Shown in pieces: positions 35,333-45,900 of a stretch of 64,000 nt of DNA. The notes beneath the pieces are model-generated. The model was not told where the DNA came from. It saw only the letters and a list, made by a program, of their open reading frames with translations, and searched no databases. The stretch is from a virus, in IMG/VR virus record IMGVR_UViG_3300020202_000062, positions 64,001 through 128,000 of that record. The stretch is one strand, 5' to 3'. A program made the translations under genes and the position numbers. Numbering within the stretch: the first letter of the stretch is position 1; every line of letters begins with the position of its first letter.

Positions 35333-37801
35333 TTAGAAACTATATCTTGCGTCGGGCTTACGAGTCTTTGCCTTGATCTGGAAGGCGTCAACTTGTGGGC
35401 TGACGAAGTTCTTGTCATTTACTCTCAACACGATACGTACCCTAACATTGCTGGGCTGGTATTGATAGTAAACCCTAAACGCCTGAGTTATCTCCTTATT
35501 GAAGATAAGACTGTTGCCGGTGTGTAGGTATTCATACCTCTCTGCTGAACTATCTACTCCAGCCTGGCTTCCTCCCTCATAATTGGTCAGGTTGGTGGCG
35601 ATTGTCCCGTCCTCTAGCCTCACGATGATTGGCTGATATGGTGTCATACCATCTGCGACAGTATATGAACTATCTGCCACTCTGTCCCTGTCCACGTAAG
35701 GAGTGTAATCTAGAGGAATGATAAGTTGTCCATTTGTTCCAGTAAACCCTTCTCCTGCACCGCTCTCGTCAAAAGATGAAACTAGTGGAACATCACGGAA
35801 CCCTGACTCATAGAAGTTAACCACGGTGTGGTCTACCGCTGGAGTGTAATCCACAGTGAATACATCCTGAGAAGTGTAACCAATAGACGTAAAGTTGACA
35901 GACTCAAATGCTGTACGTGAAGAGTTTAGGCTTAGGATGTTTGCTACATCGGTTAGAACATACCCGTTCTTGTAGATGTTGATAGGACTATTGACTCCAG
36001 CCTCAAACCTAAACACAGCCTTACCTTGAGCGTCTAAAAGTAGGCGCTCCCCAATAACTTCAGTCGTACCTACTGGCATAATTGGCAGCCAGTCTGTTTC
36101 CTTCATTGGGTTAGATTTGTTTGTCACTGAATATTCGACAGAGGTGATTCTGGTTGAGTCACGATCGGTGTCTAGTATTGAGTAATTAGAATCCTGTGCC
36201 TTTAGTTTGATCTCGCCTACGTCACCAGGTGCTGGGATGACATTAGATACAAAGACAGCCTTGAATCCCTTGGCACCGCTGCCAATCTCAATTGTGCGGA
36301 TACCGAGATCGTATTCATAATCGAATCCTGGCTCGTCCTTTAAGTACGATGTCTGATAGGTGCTACCAGGAACGACTGGAGAACCTAATGGGTTCGGACC
36401 TGATACTCGATTAAGTAAGTTTTCTAAGTCTTTCAGTACCGAGTCAAATAGTTGCGCCGAGGCTAAACCTGGTGCTGTCCCCATAATCTCTGGGTTATTC
36501 TCAAACAAGTTCCGCCTTATCAACTGAGACATAATCTGCGCTGGGCGACTGTTATTCGTCCACACGCCAAATGAACTCTGTCGGTCCTTACGGAGTCTAG
36601 TCACTAGATCCTGTAGGCTTACTCCACCGTGGCGCTTCTCGAAAGAAGTCCTTGGAATGGAGTTCTTGAACATCTTGGCAAGCGTGCTGCTGTTATTTAT
36701 GGCGTTCAGAAGCATTGTAGCGCGGATCATACCGTTGCGCTGGCTCGTGTAAAAGTGACCATCAAAGTCAGATGCGTTAGAAGCCTCTCTGTGCTCTTCC
36801 TCTGATGAAATGCCCTTCTCTGAAGTGCGAGTATAAACTCCCTGACGGAGATATACCTTGAACTTGTATACAGACTGCATCGTGAAGAAAATGCTAGAGG
36901 CACTATTTAGAGTCATTGGCTCAGATAACAGATCTTCGTATTTGGTCTCTCCAGAGTCTTTAAAGACTCGCACCTGAATTACTTCACAAGGAGTTTCGGT
37001 GAACGGACTTATTGTAATAGTGTCACATGGGGATGGTTGGGCCAGGGTGTACTCGATAACAGCCAATGCTCCTGGGTAGGACACCTTACCGTGATGACCC
37101 TTAAAGTCGTTTAGGGTTGAGTTCAGTGGAGAAGGGGCGCGGACAGCCATACGCCATCCGGTATTAGATGCGGTGGTTACCGAGTTCTTAATTCCCGTGT
37201 CCGACGTAACCAACCCTTGTACATTGGTCGCAAGAATCTTGGCTGTCATTGGGTAGTTGCTACTAAGTTTTCCGCCGATTGACAACGTCCCTTCTGCGCC
37301 GTTTATCTGAGCATAATCTGATGGCCTAAAGGTTAGTCCACCTCGGTCTGGTAGAATCTCAAAGGACTTGTCCATACCACGGCTATCGCTGAATGACTCA
37401 AGAAATGCGTAGTCATATGCCTTAGCATCAGAGAGCAAGAAGGCGTAGTTAGCCACAGCCTTTTCTAAGGAGTCTAGTTCTTTTTCTAGGCTTGCAACAT
37501 CTGACATCAGTACTGACGCATGGCTGTCTAAGAGTAATGAGATCAGGTTTGACTGACGGTACATTTCCTTGATGGCAAGATCGGCACTTCGTAAGTTGCT
37601 TGCAACACGAGCGCCATTAGTGCGACCCTGCGTATCTTCTGGGCTTAGGACAATATTGGCCTGTGAGACAGATCTAGAGATCTTATCTGCCAGAGTGCTT
37701 AACTCTGACTTCTCAACCTTAGCCTCCTCAAGGAGGAAGGCTGCGCGTCTCTTGTTGCCACCGCGCAGTGTCTGAATGTAATCATCAATGAAACGCTTCA
37801 T
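35333..37801 (-). CDS. baseplate/tail structural protein (about 822 aa)
   Basis: Coiled-coil N-terminus plus beta-rich body; start MKRF by TAATG coupling. Confidence 0.7.
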   Translation of the reverse strand: MKRFIDDYIQTLRGGNKRRAAFLLEEAKVEKSELSTLADKISRSVSQANIVLSPEDTQGRTNGARVASNLRSADLAIKEMYRQSNLISLLLDSHASVLMSDVASLEKELDSLEKAVANYAFLLSDAKAYDYAFLESFSDSRGMDKSFEILPDRGGLTFRPSDYAQINGAEGTLSIGGKLSSNYPMTAKILATNVQGLVTSDTGIKNSVTTASNTGWRMAVRAPSPLNSTLNDFKGHHGKVSYPGALAVIEYTLAQPSPCDTITISPFTETPCEVIQVRVFKDSGETKYEDLLSEPMTLNSASSIFFTMQSVYKFKVYLRQGVYTRTSEKGISSEEEHREASNASDFDGHFYTSQRNGMIRATMLLNAINNSSTLAKMFKNSIPRTSFEKRHGGVSLQDLVTRLRKDRQSSFGVWTNNSRPAQIMSQLIRRNLFENNPEIMGTAPGLASAQLFDSVLKDLENLLNRVSGPNPLGSPVVPGSTYQTSYLKDEPGFDYEYDLGIRTIEIGSGAKGFKAVFVSNVIPAPGDVGEIKLKAQDSNYSILDTDRDSTRITSVEYSVTNKSNPMKETDWLPIMPVGTTEVIGERLLLDAQGKAVFRFEAGVNSPINIYKNGYVLTDVANILSLNSSRTAFESVNFTSIGYTSQDVFTVDYTPAVDHTVVNFYESGFRDVPLVSSFDESGAGEGFTGTNGQLIIPLDYTPYVDRDRVADSSYTVADGMTPYQPIIVRLEDGTIATNLTNYEGGSQAGVDSSAERYEYLHTGNSLIFNKEITQAFRVYYQYQPSNVRVRIVLRVNDKNFVSPQVDAFQIKAKTRKPDARYSF

Positions 37802-40800
37802 TAAGTCCAACTCCTACCATGGAGATCTTCCAACTTATATCTTACACCAGCGGTGATGTTACGCTCAATAACGTTGATGATCTCCTGCTCCTTCGGGAAC
37901 TGAGTCTTTAGTTCCTCTGGCAGACGGATGATAACGAAACCACCCTTCTGATAGGAGACCCCTCCACCAAAACCGATATCCCAGTATCCAATTGACTCAG
38001 ACACCATACGACGAATCTCTTCTAGGTTCAGAGAATCCTTTGCTCCACCACCACGGCGGCGAGTATCTAGAATCACCAGATCATTGATATCTAGAGCGGG
38101 TGCGATATATACCACACCCAACTGGACTGCCAACGGATCGTACTCTGGATCTAGAGGATCGAAGATATTAGTATCCATCCTAAAGCGCAAAGTCCTTGTG
38201 TTGACTGAGTCTGTTATCACACTTCCGTTTGAATCCTTCACAAAGGCTGGGACGATGTAGATGTAGACTGGGCGACCAACTAGGTTTCTTGTGTTGCCTG
38301 GGTTGGGGTTCAAGTTGAGGTAGCGCCCGTCGTATTGCTTAAAGTTGTAGACTGAACGCTTAGTCGTGTAATCAACCTTAACGAGATTAGCCTCATCTGA
38401 CGCTAATGGGGAAGCCAAAGTGATCTCGCCGGTCGAAGCATTGTAGTCTGCAATGTCGGGCCAAGATAACTCGGTCCATGGAGATGATGCTGTCGACCTC
38501 GTGTATACCTTTAGGGCCGGACGAACTGGATCAGCATATGAAGAACTGACGTTGCTCGGTTCCTTAACCATCAGCAGCGGTGCCTGACGTAGTTGAATTG
38601 TAGTTTCGTCAATTACCACAGGATGTTCACCCTTGATATCTACGTTTGGTCGACCGTGTAGAGTTGACCATCCACCCAACTCCGACTCTGGAATTGAGTA
38701 AAACGCACGTACATCTGAACCCTGATATGAACCCAAGTATCCATCAAGTGGTCCTTGGTTGCGTGGGCGGATCTTTACCTTACGGTTGAAGCTACCAATG
38801 CGAACTGGCACAGGCCAAACGTCAGCGGCACCTAGGTTCTCTGGAAGCGGCTCAATCTGGATCTGTGCACCAGACTTAACCTTCACACCGTAAACAGGCA
38901 TCGCCCAGCGGAATGGGATCTTGGGGGCATCTGCCGAAACAGGTAGTGTGTTGGTTGTGTTCAGTTCGTAGTTTGAGATAACGCCGACATATACGTTTTC
39001 GGGTCCGCGGTCTAGATATTCCATGTAAGTCATTTCTGGAATACCTGAACTATTGACAATGAATTCCTTCTTGCGCTTGTCGTAGAATCCTACAAACACA
39101 GAAGCATCGTTTGTGGTAAGATCCACACTTAGGCTCATGTAATGACGCTGAGTTTCATTTGTTCCTACCGATGTAGGCATGGCGGGGAATCCGGCTGGTT
39201 TACCGTCCGCATCGCACAGTAACTTGATGCCATCAGTCTTCCTGATCCATCCTGATTCTGGTGCTATGCGACGATTTCCATTCTCGTCCATTGAGTACCA
39301 TGTTTCACTTGAGCCTGGCTCATACTCGGGACCGAATGTGTATCGACTATTGACGTGATTAACCACGATATTGTTACGTAGTCTAATAAGACCACTTGAA
39401 GTTGCACCGACGATAGAAACCTTTGGGTTGTTTACTGTAATGTTTGTCCAGTTTACATCACTTAAGGTTCCCGAAGCGTAATCGTGAGGGTTAGCCTGTA
39501 CCGTGGTGTCGTATCCACTACGCACAACAACGTTACGTCCTGAGGCGTTGATTGGATAATTGTTGATGGTTACTTGCCTAACTACCTCACGGCGCTCTGT
39601 CTTCTTGCCCTTGCCGTAGATCAAGATATCCTTGATACCCAGCATGCGCGAATCGCCCCAGCCCGACTTACCATTCTGACCAACACCAACAATAACAACG
39701 TTGCCTTCATATGGTCCTACGGGGAAGTATGTACCGGGTCCATCTGGGATAGGTAAGCCTAGGCTTGTTACTCTAGCCTTGCCCATATCATAACCACCAA
39801 GATGGAATGGACCGGGAGCAGAATGGGTCTTAACGTCAATAGCGTGGAGAAGCATCTGCTTGCTGTTTCCCTCAAGGTAGGGGGTAATCTTTACTCCGTG
39901 GATCTTGTATCTGTCGTCAAGTTCTACAGAGAATACGTCCCAAATATTGCCTGGGCTATTCTTCAGATCTGATCTCTTGGCATAGTATGTCTGAGCATTC
40001 CAGTCAGAGATGTGCTTCTTCATAATGCGGCCCTTTGGCCAATCGTAAAACTTTGTGTAGTCCCTACTACTAGTCGGACCTACTAGGCTTCCCAGATTGA
40101 TTACTTGATATCCGATAGCAGCCCAAGTCTCGGCGTCTACTACTCCATTGCGGAATCGTAAATGGCATTTAGTTTGGAACTGCTTGATGGCCTCTTCGGT
40201 TTTCTTACCATTGGAACTATTATCGTAGCGACCATTAACCTCTAGGTATTCGGTGTTCTTTAGGAACCCGAAGAACTTCAGTTTGTTCATCGTCATCTGG
40301 ACGAACTTAACCCAATCTGAAATGTTCCCCGAGCCACCTTTCTCTAATCTTACGGTCGCTCCCCAAAATGGCCAACTCAAAAGACCACCTGCTAAGGTGC
40401 CCTTTTCATCGCCGTAATAGTTATCATCCTGCCAAGTACGAAGGTAGTTGGGATGCTTAGTGCCCTGATCGAACGCACGTCCAGAAGTAAAGGTGGTCTT
40501 GTTCTTGCCGTGAGAAGACCATGACATGATGATTTCTGTATCATCATCGACAGTTACATTCTCGTATTCTGTAACCTCACGGGTTAACTTAGCAGTTCCA
40601 GAAGCAGTCCAGTCTACAGTCTCTTCTGTTGAATCTTGAGCAGTTGCGTTGTAGTTTACTCGCACCTGTACGCCATATGGTTTTGGTGGGTATTCGCGGT
40701 AAACGTATTGACCCTCTTCGAAATCGCCAGTTACTAACTCTTCCCTAATTACGTGAGGACCGAGGTCAATCGGTACTTCGAACTTTGGAGTGTATGCTAT

Positions 40801-42978
40801 GGTCCAGGCGGCAGGAATAACGCTGTCACCAAGATCCTCTGGAACTTCTACATTAGGGTTAGTTACCTCAATCTGATAGGTTCTTGTTGCTCCACGAACG
40901 CGCTCTAAATCAGCAGCAGAGATGCTAGAATCAATGATTTGCTTAAGTGTCTGCTCTGAAAGTATGCGCTGCCATACGTTTGTGGGAGTTGCTGATGCAG
41001 TTGTGAGAGATACGAACCTATTGGCGTCCTTCTCGCGCTGTGATAACGCCTCTCCATCAATAACCCATGAAGCCTTCCAAGGCGAAGAGAATGTCCATGA
41101 GGTTGAGTAGTCTGTCTCATCCCTTCCATCTAAGGCGCGATCTTTGACGGCCAGAAGGCAGAGATTGTAGAAGAACTTGTACGCACCCTCTACGGTGCTT
41201 GAATTAACATAACGGTTGTAGTCTGCCCTTGAAACTTCGTGCCCAGCAGTATCGAATCGATTACGTGCAACACGCTTACCGGTTACATGAGAGAACAGCA
41301 TGTTAACTGCCTCAAGTGAACCGATCGTAGAGAAGATCAAATGCCCACCATTTAAGGTTGGCTTGTGTAAGAGACACGGCTTGTACTGACCAGAGTTATT
41401 CTGGGCTTCCATAAGTACGATGTAGTCACCTGGGTAATCTAAGATGTACTGGCAGTAGCCATCCCCGAATGTTCCATATCCACCGTTCTTATATGGTGAT
41501 ATTGAGTTGTATTCATCGTCTGAGCCGTCATTAAAGTTCCATCCACCGTACTCTTGATCTGCGTTCCACAAGAAGTACTCGTCATTCTTTGGTCGGATGG
41601 TACCTCCATCGATCCATCCATAGTCGCCTTCTTCGGAGATACGGCTAGCGTCAGCGGCATTAACGGCACATGTAGTCTCGATACCGAGTCCCTCTGGGAC
41701 GGTGTGGTTGTGCATGTCAATGATAAGAGTCTTTCCTAGTTGTTCGGTGAAGTATCTGATCTTCTGCATGTACGGCTGGAAGTCGAATGAAAGCACCCTT
41801 GGGCACCACAGTAGTATGTCGAATTTCCTTAGGTCGCTGTAACTAATATCATCAAAGTCAACGGTCCAGTAATCTTCGTCTTCCTGGTCATCGACAGATG
41901 CAGTATCTTCCTCGTCGGTGTGTAGAGGATTGATGAACTGAATCTCGGTGGCGTTGTAATCACTACGCATGAGATTGAGGAATGCGTAGGTGGCATCGCT
42001 GTGTCTATTTCCGTCGGTGATGATAACACCGGCTTTGATGGCTGCGGCTTCCTTGGATGGATCTACTGTGTAGTTCTCTGTGAAGCTAGCCTTTACTCTC
42101 CATCTGAACAGTTGGAAGATGCGCGGATCAGCCATAGCCTTCTTGGGCACAAAGATGCGATATCCTTCTACGTCCGGATGAGGCTCACCTAGGATCTGTT
42201 CCTTCAGGGTGGCTGGCTTTGTTGAGTACCACTTCTTGTTGCGGTTGTTTAGATCTACTACGTCAGACTCTTCTGGCCTGTATGAGTAGTATGCCTGAGG
42301 ATTTAGGATCTCTTTGTATGAGAGTTCCTGATTCTTCAACTTGCCGTCAGTGCCTACCTCGACCTTATTGTAGGTTAGGTACAGGTTCTCGTTGTCGTCT
42401 ACATCCACAAAAGCCCAGACACGATAAGCGTCTGTAGTTTGGTCGGTATCTTCAACTGTGGTATTTGCTGGTGTTATGCGGATTTTGTATCGCGCCCTAC
42501 CCTGCTCATCTACATAGTCACGCCCATCGGCGTCTACCACTTTGATGTCTTCAAGTTCGAAAGTCCTTAGTTCTGATCCTAAGGTCAACCCCTGAAAGTC
42601 TACATGGAAGTAACGGCTTACGTGGACGTAAGGCAAGATTGAGTCTGATGTGTACTCAGATCCTGGGGTGGATAAGAAGTCTTCATCTATTGTGAATACG
42701 TCAGCGACAGCAGGGAACTCGTCCTCCACTATCTGATTACCGCTCTCGTCCTCTAGAATGCCCATTCGGTTGGCATACATGATTCGATACTGGTCTGCTA
42801 CTGACACAGTGTTCTCTTCGACCACATTTGATGTGTCGACAATTACCACATTCTTAGATGGGGTCAGTGATGGCGATTGAATCCAGGCAAGATTGACAGC
42901 ATCCTCGGGGACTCTTACGCCTCGCCTAAATGCCTTTTCATTACCTTCGGTACTTCTGTCTTCAAACGCCTTCATCAC
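37801..42978 (-). CDS. large tail/baseplate protein with peptidoglycan-binding domain (1725 aa)
   Basis: L.KG..G...VKFVQ...NG.YD..TEEAIKQFQ...NGVVDAETWAAI (PG_binding_1-like, about 40110-40360); C-terminal DTRRRGGG. Confidence 0.75.
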   Translation of the reverse strand: MMKAFEDRSTEGNEKAFRRGVRVPEDAVNLAWIQSPSLTPSKNVVIVDTSNVVEENTVSVADQYRIMYANRMGILEDESGNQIVEDEFPAVADVFTIDEDFLSTPGSEYTSDSILPYVHVSRYFHVDFQGLTLGSELRTFELEDIKVVDADGRDYVDEQGRARYKIRITPANTTVEDTDQTTDAYRVWAFVDVDDNENLYLTYNKVEVGTDGKLKNQELSYKEILNPQAYYSYRPEESDVVDLNNRNKKWYSTKPATLKEQILGEPHPDVEGYRIFVPKKAMADPRIFQLFRWRVKASFTENYTVDPSKEAAAIKAGVIITDGNRHSDATYAFLNLMRSDYNATEIQFINPLHTDEEDTASVDDQEDEDYWTVDFDDISYSDLRKFDILLWCPRVLSFDFQPYMQKIRYFTEQLGKTLIIDMHNHTVPEGLGIETTCAVNAADASRISEEGDYGWIDGGTIRPKNDEYFLWNADQEYGGWNFNDGSDDEYNSISPYKNGGYGTFGDGYCQYILDYPGDYIVLMEAQNNSGQYKPCLLHKPTLNGGHLIFSTIGSLEAVNMLFSHVTGKRVARNRFDTAGHEVSRADYNRYVNSSTVEGAYKFFYNLCLLAVKDRALDGRDETDYSTSWTFSSPWKASWVIDGEALSQREKDANRFVSLTTASATPTNVWQRILSEQTLKQIIDSSISAADLERVRGATRTYQIEVTNPNVEVPEDLGDSVIPAAWTIAYTPKFEVPIDLGPHVIREELVTGDFEEGQYVYREYPPKPYGVQVRVNYNATAQDSTEETVDWTASGTAKLTREVTEYENVTVDDDTEIIMSWSSHGKNKTTFTSGRAFDQGTKHPNYLRTWQDDNYYGDEKGTLAGGLLSWPFWGATVRLEKGGSGNISDWVKFVQMTMNKLKFFGFLKNTEYLEVNGRYDNSSNGKKTEEAIKQFQTKCHLRFRNGVVDAETWAAIGYQVINLGSLVGPTSSRDYTKFYDWPKGRIMKKHISDWNAQTYYAKRSDLKNSPGNIWDVFSVELDDRYKIHGVKITPYLEGNSKQMLLHAIDVKTHSAPGPFHLGGYDMGKARVTSLGLPIPDGPGTYFPVGPYEGNVVIVGVGQNGKSGWGDSRMLGIKDILIYGKGKKTERREVVRQVTINNYPINASGRNVVVRSGYDTTVQANPHDYASGTLSDVNWTNITVNNPKVSIVGATSSGLIRLRNNIVVNHVNSRYTFGPEYEPGSSETWYSMDENGNRRIAPESGWIRKTDGIKLLCDADGKPAGFPAMPTSVGTNETQRHYMSLSVDLTTNDASVFVGFYDKRKKEFIVNSSGIPEMTYMEYLDRGPENVYVGVISNYELNTTNTLPVSADAPKIPFRWAMPVYGVKVKSGAQIQIEPLPENLGAADVWPVPVRIGSFNRKVKIRPRNQGPLDGYLGSYQGSDVRAFYSIPESELGGWSTLHGRPNVDIKGEHPVVIDETTIQLRQAPLLMVKEPSNVSSSYADPVRPALKVYTRSTASSPWTELSWPDIADYNASTGEITLASPLASDEANLVKVDYTTKRSVYNFKQYDGRYLNLNPNPGNTRNLVGRPVYIYIVPAFVKDSNGSVITDSVNTRTLRFRMDTNIFDPLDPEYDPLAVQLGVVYIAPALDINDLVILDTRRRGGGAKDSLNLEEIRRMVSESIGYWDIGFGGGVSYQKGGFVIIRLPEELKTQFPKEQEIINVIERNITAGVRYKLEDLHGRSWT

Positions 42979-45900
42979 TAAACATCCCTGTAGTCCGGGT
43001 GCATCGACTGCAAACCATCTAACGTAACATCATAAAACCCTGAACCTAAGAAGCCCAACTGGTACTGGTCGTATCGCGGAATTGCGTACCAAGCCGGTGG
43101 CTCCCATTCTATAGTAACAGGTGTCGCTGCGCTATTAGGAGTTGCTTCGTCATAATAAACAGGATATCCGTTTATATCAGAGTAATATGGGTTAGTGTCT
43201 GCTGCGTTTGCCATCTGGACTAGAGGAACCGACAGATTGGTGAAGCCCTCTGAGCCGTATTGGAGATCAGGTGTCTCCAGCCAGAATACAACGTCACCAA
43301 CCATGTCGTATTGAGGGGTTGCCGATGCAGAGACTCTGTCTGTTTCGACCATGACAAACCAGTAACCTGGATCCCATGGCGTTGCAGCCGTGAAGGGACC
43401 CACGGTGAATCGTCCCAATGAATCTGCGGTGACCGACCCATCGTATGGTAGGTCTGTGTTTAGTACTGTGTAGATATCCCTACCCTTACGGTAGTTAACC
43501 TTGGCCGAGGCTACTGGTAGCCGAGATGAATTCTCAACCTTACCGAATACCCTAACCTTGGTCAATCCATCGGCAGGGATGGTGTCTACTTCGGGTAGGG
43601 CAGTCAACCTATAAGATGGGGTGGCTGACTGTTCAATGTCGAAGTTGAATGAGGCAGATACGTCACCGGTGATGGTCACTGTTCCTGTCATACTCGCAGT
43701 AGAACCGCCAGCGGTCAGGAATACAACTGCGCTACCGTTATCGTCTGTCAATACAACGAAGTTGGAACTTGATCCATTTCCGCTTGGGATAGCGAATCCG
43801 TCCGCATCCGTGACAGGGATATCGAACTCTCCCCATGAGGTGCTCATGTTGAAGGTTTGGTTTGGCTTAGGATTGCCATACTCATCAACCGAACGAATAG
43901 TGATAAGCATATAATCCTGGCCGTCTGCCAGAAGTTTAGATGGGCTGTACCTTACTTCGATTCCTGCTAACGAGTACTCTTCAAACGAGATGAAGAGGAA
44001 CCCTTCTTCCACTGTCGTATAGAATGTGTTTAGCGGCACGTCGATTGGTGTAGCCTCATCGTATACTGAGTCCTCATAGGTTACAGTATACCCACTTGCA
44101 CCGAAGTCTACAGGCAACTTATCGAAGACCAACTTAGTTCTTTGGCTGCCGTCAGTATGGATGTAATCGTTGTATGCGTAGAATGAACGGTTGAGTTTGT
44201 ATGTTACTTCGTAGATCTTGTCGCGATCGGTTACACCTACAGTACTGATTTCGTTTGTAAATGTCTCAGTGTCGGCCTCAACAGGTAGACCGGTCTCTAG
44301 ATCTGTCACGGAAACCTCATACAGATCTTCGTAACCCAGGAACAGTTTGTTGGTGCCCGACCCGTAAACATTCTGCTTACCACGGAGAGTTAGTCCTGGC
44401 GTTGCAGTGTCATAGAATGCTACCTGACGCATCAACTGTGGACTGGCTTCGTCGGTATACACAATAATGGGAGCACCCTGGCGAGCGACTGACTCAAGCA
44501 CTGGTGTGGCTGAAGTGACTGTCTCGTCCTTGCGATTGGCATATAGGTAGTATTCGCTCTCTCGGTCATAGAACCACCCAGAGTGAACCTGTGGATGCCA
44601 TGCCGGGTGAATGCCTGGGCGTAGGCGTGCTCGGATTGCTATAGGAGAGTATGCATACACTTCCGAATCGTCATCCCACTCCTCCTCGATAGCATCATCG
44701 GGGTAAGTAACTGATGTTCCATCATCAAAAGCGGGCTTAACTGTGTTGCTATCCATCCATACAATAACGTTGTCGTTATCTAAGACTTCTGCGCCCATCC
44801 AGGTTACAACGAAGTTCTCGGTATTGGGAATGTTGAAGTCATCCCTATTGAGGATAAGGCTAGTCAAGTAGAAGTTCGTGTTGCCAATAGGGGCAGGCAC
44901 TCCGTTTCTCCATGGACCGTTCTCGTCTACGTATCCCTCTACTTCTGTGGTTTGTGTTGCCTCGAAGATATTCCACTGACCACTCGCCACTGGGTAATCT
45001 GTAGCACCAGAGCCTATAGAGAATTCTAGGGTTGTAACAGCCGTTGAGAACTGCCTGACTCCCGCCCCATCCCAGTTGGCACTGCCATTGACTAGTAGAT
45101 ATTCCTTCGAAATGAAGGTTGAGTTAAAGTCGGGGTCAACAACATATGCTCCGTGTGTGCCGTCATCGTCCTGAGTAATGATTTCAACTTCATACTTCTT
45201 ATTTGGAGTTGCTTCCAGATATGGGTTCCATGAAATTTCCGGAATGGTGATTGTCATACTCTGCTGAGTAAGATCAGGCACTGCTCCATTCATGAGGATG
45301 TTGAACATCTGCTTCTCTGACTTCCATCTACCAATAGTGTAGGAAGTTGTTAGCGGTTCAAATACAACACTAGGGGTTCCTGAACCACCGTAGGTTAGTG
45401 CAGTCTGAGCATTGTTTGCTGTCAACTTCGACGCAGAGTTATCTGACCACCATGCTCTGGCATTGCCAGTTGTGGGGAAGTCTGCAAATGCTTGGATATC
45501 TGGATTGAATCTACCGAAGTAAAGAGCAACAGAGTCCACATCGTTAATATGAATAGAAAATGGTGTAGCGGCTGAAGTATCGTATTCGTTACCTGACGCA
45601 TCGTACCAAATCTGCTCATCGTCCAGGTGTCCGTCTTCTGCCCAGATCCTGTAGGTTGCGTAGCAGTTGGCTGTATTTGTGGGGTTGGCTGCGTCTACGT
45701 TGCTCTTGCTTGAGAGTTGGAAACTGTGGTAGTAGACAGATGGTGTCGCTGCTGAGTCGGTGATTCGGACCGTCAGCCAGTCTTCCACTGTCGGATTGTC
45801 GTATACTTTACGGTCAGCAGATCCGTAGATGTAAACGTCTGCTGCAACCTTTGGATATAAGTTGACTGAGTCGCGCTGTCTACCTCGGGCCTTTAGCCTA

